Positions 27,238-32,000 of a DNA stretch of 32,000 nucleotides are shown here, piece after piece. Location: positions 1-32,000 of the forward strand of contig NJBF01000024.1 of assembly GCA_003144275.1 (NCBI GenBank), written 5' to 3'. Made by a program: the position numbers and the translations under genes. Origin of the DNA: Candidatus Heimdallarchaeota archaeon B3_Heim. GTDB taxonomy: Archaea > Asgardarchaeota > Heimdallarchaeia > Hodarchaeales > Hodarchaeaceae. The stretch's first letter is position 1, and every line of letters begins with the position of its first letter. The notes under the pieces were generated by a model, which did not search any database, was not told the DNA's origin, and saw only the letters and a program-made list of their open reading frames with translations.

Positions 27238-30200
27238 ATGAATTTCTTAAAAAATATCAAACCAGTAATAGTTTCATTAACACTTTTTTTTGTGATTATT
27301 CTTAGCTGCATGCCAACAACGTCAGTAATGTCAATTCTCCTGGAAGAATCTACCCAAGATGAAACAGCTGGTGTTGATGCTCTCAGGGGAGTAAAAGTCG
27401 AAGTTCCAAAGCTAATGAAAAGAAAAACATCTCAATTATCCAACTTTGATGATAATTCATCCTCTGTGACAATTAACGGTTCAAATTCTTTACCAAAATT
27501 AGCCATTGGACAACAGACTGGTACAGGTGGAGGTATTTTTTCGATCGAGGATTACTTAACTTTAGTCGGGAGTGATTCTGTTCCTGTAGATGATAATCAT
27601 TGGCAAACTAACCCAGAAGAACATGAAGATCAGTATCCCTTAACAATACCTGCAAATTTTGTTAATTCTTCAATGACGCTGAATATTTCCGATGTCATAG
27701 CTATAGATGACTGGCGACTGATTGAAAATGACAGTGACACAGCTACCGATCGCACTTCCAGCGTTTTCTATGAGTTTGCACAAGAATTTGTGGTTGAAGA
27801 AGATTACGTTAATGTCTCCTCACTTCGCTTGTTCATTGATATGGATGATACGAATGGGAGTGATGGGCAGAAACCCCATGGAAAACTTCTGCTTTTGAAC
27901 GACACCTCAGGATCCCCTGATGATAGTGACGTGCTTCATAGTCAAGCTCTAGAAAGCCATTCCTCCATAGCGGGACTACTTGATGGAAATGATTGGACAG
28001 GCTGGTTGGATTATTCTATTTTCCCCGAAGTGATTCTTTCGAAAGGAACGTATTGGTTTGCTTTGAATGATACTAAGGATGGGGGCGCAGGGAGCTGGAA
28101 TTGGCACACTATTGATGATAGCGGACAAATCGATAGCGGGATTGTAAACTACAAATTTGGTCATGGAGATTCGTGGACACCATATTCAGGTCGAGATATC
28201 GTCATGATGCCCAAAGTCTGCGTAGTTGAAAATATCAGTTCAACTTATCCAGCGAAAGAATATACTGATCCAACAGCGTTGGAATTTCAGTATAAAACAT
28301 CGATTGATACTACTAATTTGAATACATTTACTATGTTTGAAGGAAATATGACCAGTGATAACATTCACTCTTTTAATGTGAATACCTCTGTTAATTTCAC
28401 GTTTTCCTGGTGGATTGAGGTCAATTACACAAATAATCCGATTACTCCTTCTTCCTATTATAAAGCAATGAATAATACGGATATAGCTTGGAATATAACA
28501 TTTAATCATGCTCAAGTATCTACATCGTATCAAGTACGTAATCATACGCTTATAGTCTCTGGAATTCCTTCAGATTGGAACGGGACACAGATTTATTGGA
28601 ATGATTCACTTAGTCCAGAATACCCTGATCTTACAAATGATGTTGATGTAACATGGGATGGTGATCCAGCTCATAAATACACTTATGGTAATACGACAAT
28701 GGTGGTAAATACCAGCACTCTTGCTGCTAACACCACATGGCATGTGTGGTTTGTCGCACCAAACTATCTAGTATCATTCAATTTATCAAGGGGAGGTCAA
28801 TTTTTAGATTTGCCCTATGAAGCAAATGTTACTGATACTTTAGGGCTCAATATACAAGTTTTAGAAAGTGGAGGTAACGCTAGTTATTGGATTGAAGATT
28901 TCAATCAACAGGCGATTCATAAACGAACTGATTTTTCATCAGCTGATTTTACAGATCTGTGGATTATTGATGACAATGTGTCTCAAACCATGAATGTCAA
29001 TGGTACCTATGATTTACAAGCTTTTTGGATTAGCTCTGATAAAACCAAGGTAGGCACAAGGATACGAAACCTAGATGTTTTTATCAATACCACTCTCACA
29101 ATCAATTCAACTGATACTATCGAAGTTATAATAGGAGAAAAAATAACTATCTGGGCTAATTATACATCAAATCATAACTCAACAATTAATAGCCCATCAC
29201 ATATTGACAATGCAAAGATTTGGTGTAATGCTAGTTGGCCCGAAGGTGTAAAACAAAATGTATCGATGAATCAACCAATTGGGACATACTATAACGCTTC
29301 ATTTACGACCGATAATGAAGATCCAGGGACTTCAGGAATAATAACCATTACAACTCAATTGGCATCTTTTGTTAATTGGACAAAGATAATTGATGTTAGA
29401 TTTATAGGTGATTCCAGCTTAGCCGTGAATGAAGCGAATATTATTTTGAAATGGCGCGAAAATACTACACTTCGAGTTTATTATAATGATACAGTAGAGG
29501 ATCCCATTGCAGATGCAACAATAATCGTTGATGGAGACGATGCTCACCCTGCAGTGTACGATTCTGGTTCAGGAGCTTATGATTATCAGCTCAACAGCAC
29601 ACAATACAGCGGAGTAGGAACCTATCTTAATCTCAACATCACTGCTAATCATACCGATTATCAAAATCAGACACTCTATTTCAACCTGACCATAAACCCA
29701 GCAGCTACCTCCGTTGATGATGCATCTGTCGATCCTGCAGACTATCCTCTTGATGTCACCAATGGGACCGCGTTTTACTTCTGGGTCACCTGGATTAGTG
29801 AATACGGAGATACCCTGAATGACTCAGATGGAATTGGAAGTTCTTCATCCGATGTTGTTTTAGACTCTACTGACCCATCATTAGGGAATCATACGTTCAA
29901 ATTTGTACCAACATCTATTGGCTCAATCAATGTCACACTGACCTTCCAAATTAGCAATTACAATGCTGCTATCTTTCATATTAATGTCACTAGCATAGAA
30001 AGTACGAGTCTAACAGTGAATGAAACCACTCTCGTGTTAACATGGCGAGAAAACACTACACTACAGATTTGGTACAATGATTCTGCTAATGTTCCAGTCT
30101 CAAGCGCTTCAATAATCATAGATGGGGATAATGCTCACCCCGCTTTGTATGATCCTGGCTCAGGAGCCTATTATTATCAGCTTAATAGCACTCAATACAG

Positions 30201-32000
30201 CGGAGTGGGAGATTATTTCAATCTCAACATCACTGCTCATCGAACTTATTATCAAAATCAGACTCTTTATTTCGACCTGACCATAATTCCCGCAGGTTCC
30301 TCCATTGATGATGCATCTGTCAATCCTGTTGATTATCCGCTAGACATAACCAATGGATCAGTGTTCTCTTTTTGGGTCACCTGGTTCAGTGAGTATGGAA
30401 ATCCTTTGAATGACTCAGATGGAATTGGAAGTTCTTCATCCGATGTTGTTTTAGACTCTACGAACCCAACAACAGGGAATCATACGTTTAAATTTGTACC
30501 GACTACGATTGGTCCAATTAATGTCACGCTGACCTTCCAAATTAGCAATTACAATACTGCTATCTATCATATTAATGTCACCAGCATAGAAAATACGAGT
30601 TTATCAGCAAATGCGACTACTATCGTGTTGAACTGGCGGGAGAATACTACTCTTGAGATATGGTATAATAATTCCTTCGGTAGTCCTATTGAAGATGCCA
30701 CATTAATTGTAGATGGGGATACTGCTCATCCGGCCGTTTTTAATTATGGCACTGGTACATATTATTATCAGCTCAATAGCACTCAATACAGCGGAGTAGG
30801 TACATACTTCAATCTCAATATAACTGCTAATCAAACCTATTATCAAAATCAGACTCTTTATTTCGACCTGACAATAAATCCAGCAGATTCATCTATTAAT
30901 GATTCATCTGTTAACCCTGTAGACTATCCTCTTGATGTCACCAATGGGACTGCGTATTATTTCTGGGTCATTTGGTTCAGTGAGTATGGAGATCCGTTGA
31001 ACGACTCGGATGGAATTGGAAGTTCTTCATCCGATGTTGTTTTAGACTCTACTAATTCAGTAACAGGGAATCATACGTTTAAGTTTGTGCCAACAACGAT
31101 TGGTCCCATCAATGTTACCTTAACCTTCCAAATCAGTAATTACAATGCTGCTATCTTTCATATTAATGTCACTAGCATAGAAAGTACGAGTCTAACAGTA
31201 ATTGAGACTGCAATCGTGTTAATATGGCTGGAAAATGCTACACTACAAATTTGGTACAATGATTCCTCAAATACTCCTATCAATGGAGCTACGATAATCG
31301 TTGATGGAGACAATATTCATCCTGCTATTTTTAATTCTAGCTCTGGAGCTTATTATTATCAGCTTAATAGTACTCAATACAACGGAGTGGGATCATATCT
31401 CAATCTCAATATAACAGCTTACCGAACTTATTATCAAAATCAGACCCTCTACTTCGATTTAACCATCGACCCAGCAGATTCCTCAATTGATGATGCTTCT
31501 GTTGACCATGGAGACTATCCTCTTGAGATCACCAATGGGACTGCGTATTATTTCTGGGTCATTTGGTTCAGTGAGTATGGAGATCCGTTGAATGACTCGG
31601 ATGGAGTTGAGAGCTCTTCATCCGATGTTGTTTTAGACTCTACGAACCCAACAACAGGAAATCATACATTTAAGTTTGTACCAACCTCGATTGGCCCAAT
31701 CAATGTCACACTGACTTTTCAAATTAGCAATTACAATGCTGCTTTCTTTAATATTAATATAACCAGTATAGAAACCACGAGTCTAACAGTAAATGAAACC
31801 GCTATTGTACTAACTTGGCAGGGTAATACTACCTTACAGATTTGGTATAATAACTCAAGGAATAAGTCAATTGAAAGTGCAATCATTTCAGTAAATGGTG
31901 ATAATCAAAATGTGACCTATGATTCTAATTCAGGTGCCTATTACTTTCAACTTAATAGCACTCAATACAATGGAGTAGGATCATATCTCAATCTCGTTAT
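27238..32000 (+). CDS. Giant secreted/surface glycoprotein (adhesin or S-layer-like), at least 1587 aa, running off the window
   Basis: Manual translation gives a stop-free frame from ATG 27238 to the window end. It has an N-terminal basic-hydrophobic signal (MNFLKNIKPVIVSLTLFFVIILSC), a beta-rich N/T/S/D-rich composition and very dense N-x-S/T sequons. It is absent from the ORF track because it has no stop in the window. Confidence 0.92.
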   Translation, partial: MNFLKNIKPVIVSLTLFFVIILSCMPTTSVMSILLEESTQDETAGVDALRGVKVEVPKLMKRKTSQLSNFDDNSSSVTINGSNSLPKLAIGQQTGTGGGIFSIEDYLTLVGSDSVPVDDNHWQTNPEEHEDQYPLTIPANFVNSSMTLNISDVIAIDDWRLIENDSDTATDRTSSVFYEFAQEFVVEEDYVNVSSLRLFIDMDDTNGSDGQKPHGKLLLLNDTSGSPDDSDVLHSQALESHSSIAGLLDGNDWTGWLDYSIFPEVILSKGTYWFALNDTKDGGAGSWNWHTIDDSGQIDSGIVNYKFGHGDSWTPYSGRDIVMMPKVCVVENISSTYPAKEYTDPTALEFQYKTSIDTTNLNTFTMFEGNMTSDNIHSFNVNTSVNFTFSWWIEVNYTNNPITPSSYYKAMNNTDIAWNITFNHAQVSTSYQVRNHTLIVSGIPSDWNGTQIYWNDSLSPEYPDLTNDVDVTWDGDPAHKYTYGNTTMVVNTSTLAANTTWHVWFVAPNYLVSFNLSRGGQFLDLPYEANVTDTLGLNIQVLESGGNASYWIEDFNQQAIHKRTDFSSADFTDLWIIDDNVSQTMNVNGTYDLQAFWISSDKTKVGTRIRNLDVFINTTLTINSTDTIEVIIGEKITIWANYTSNHNSTINSPSHIDNAKIWCNASWPEGVKQNVSMNQPIGTYYNASFTTDNEDPGTSGIITITTQLASFVNWTKIIDVRFIGDSSLAVNEANIILKWRENTTLRVYYNDTVEDPIADATIIVDGDDAHPAVYDSGSGAYDYQLNSTQYSGVGTYLNLNITANHTDYQNQTLYFNLTINPAATSVDDASVDPADYPLDVTNGTAFYFWVTWISEYGDTLNDSDGIGSSSSDVVLDSTDPSLGNHTFKFVPTSIGSINVTLTFQISNYNAAIFHINVTSIESTSLTVNETTLVLTWRENTTLQIWYNDSANVPVSSASIIIDGDNAHPALYDPGSGAYYYQLNSTQYSGVGDYFNLNITAHRTYYQNQTLYFDLTIIPAGSSIDDASVNPVDYPLDITNGSVFSFWVTWFSEYGNPLNDSDGIGSSSSDVVLDSTNPTTGNHTFKFVPTTIGPINVTLTFQISNYNTAIYHINVTSIENTSLSANATTIVLNWRENTTLEIWYNNSFGSPIEDATLIVDGDTAHPAVFNYGTGTYYYQLNSTQYSGVGTYFNLNITANQTYYQNQTLYFDLTINPADSSINDSSVNPVDYPLDVTNGTAYYFWVIWFSEYGDPLNDSDGIGSSSSDVVLDSTNSVTGNHTFKFVPTTIGPINVTLTFQISNYNAAIFHINVTSIESTSLTVIETAIVLIWLENATLQIWYNDSSNTPINGATIIVDGDNIHPAIFNSSSGAYYYQLNSTQYNGVGSYLNLNITAYRTYYQNQTLYFDLTIDPADSSIDDASVDHGDYPLEITNGTAYYFWVIWFSEYGDPLNDSDGVESSSSDVVLDSTNPTTGNHTFKFVPTSIGPINVTLTFQISNYNAAFFNINITSIETTSLTVNETAIVLTWQGNTTLQIWYNNSRNKSIESAIISVNGDNQNVTYDSNSGAYYFQLNSTQYNGVGSYLNLV
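29413..32000 (+). repeat. In-frame tandem repeat: 591-bp (197-aa) unit, 4 full copies plus a partial fifth
   Basis: The conserved Trp codon of the W(R/L/Q)(E/G)N motif lies at 29452, 30043, 30634, 31225 and 31816, exactly 591 bp apart. Units start at 29413, 30004, 30595, 31186 and 31777. Confidence 0.97.

Noticed and set aside
27976-28545. Minus-strand ORFs of 62 and 101 aa reported by the track
   Set aside because: They are antisense shadows of the long plus-strand surface-protein frame.
29413-32000. CRISPR array or DGR template/variable repeat pair
   Set aside because: The units are 591-bp in-frame coding repeats without spacers, the differences are not adenine-specific, and no cas or reverse transcriptase gene is in the window.

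Overview
AT-rich, gene-dense prokaryotic chromosomal segment. It is most likely archaeal, and possibly Asgard/Heimdallarchaeia-like; this is inferred from the type II GAPDH-like gene, the archaeal VIT1 family gene, TATA-like promoters and a sequon-saturated surface protein, not from a marker gene. About 21 protein genes are present: a polyprenol/dolichol-kinase-like protein; two orphan DNA methyltransferases; a co-oriented BtrH-like/PadR/GyrI-like/CorA run; an aldo-keto reductase; cytochrome bd cydAB; a CPA2 antiporter; a divergent pair of a DUF3467-like protein ending in YYG and a Zn-finger-Smr protein; an APC permease with USP-like domains; an LLM oxidoreductase; VIT1/CCC1; two PLP fold-type II enzymes; a thiolase; a PfkB kinase; and a divergent type II GAPDH. 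A TnpB-only element with an IS607-type right end (...AGAACGG) and intact RuvC residues sits 4 bp from the putative thiolase TATA box. The last 4.76 kb are a single open frame that the ORF track missed (27238 to >32000, at least 1587 aa). It encodes a secreted surface glycoprotein with at least 4.4 tandem 591-bp (197-aa) repeats whose identity is patchwork. No rRNA, tRNA or CRISPR array was seen. All family assignments come from motif recognition; no database searches were run.
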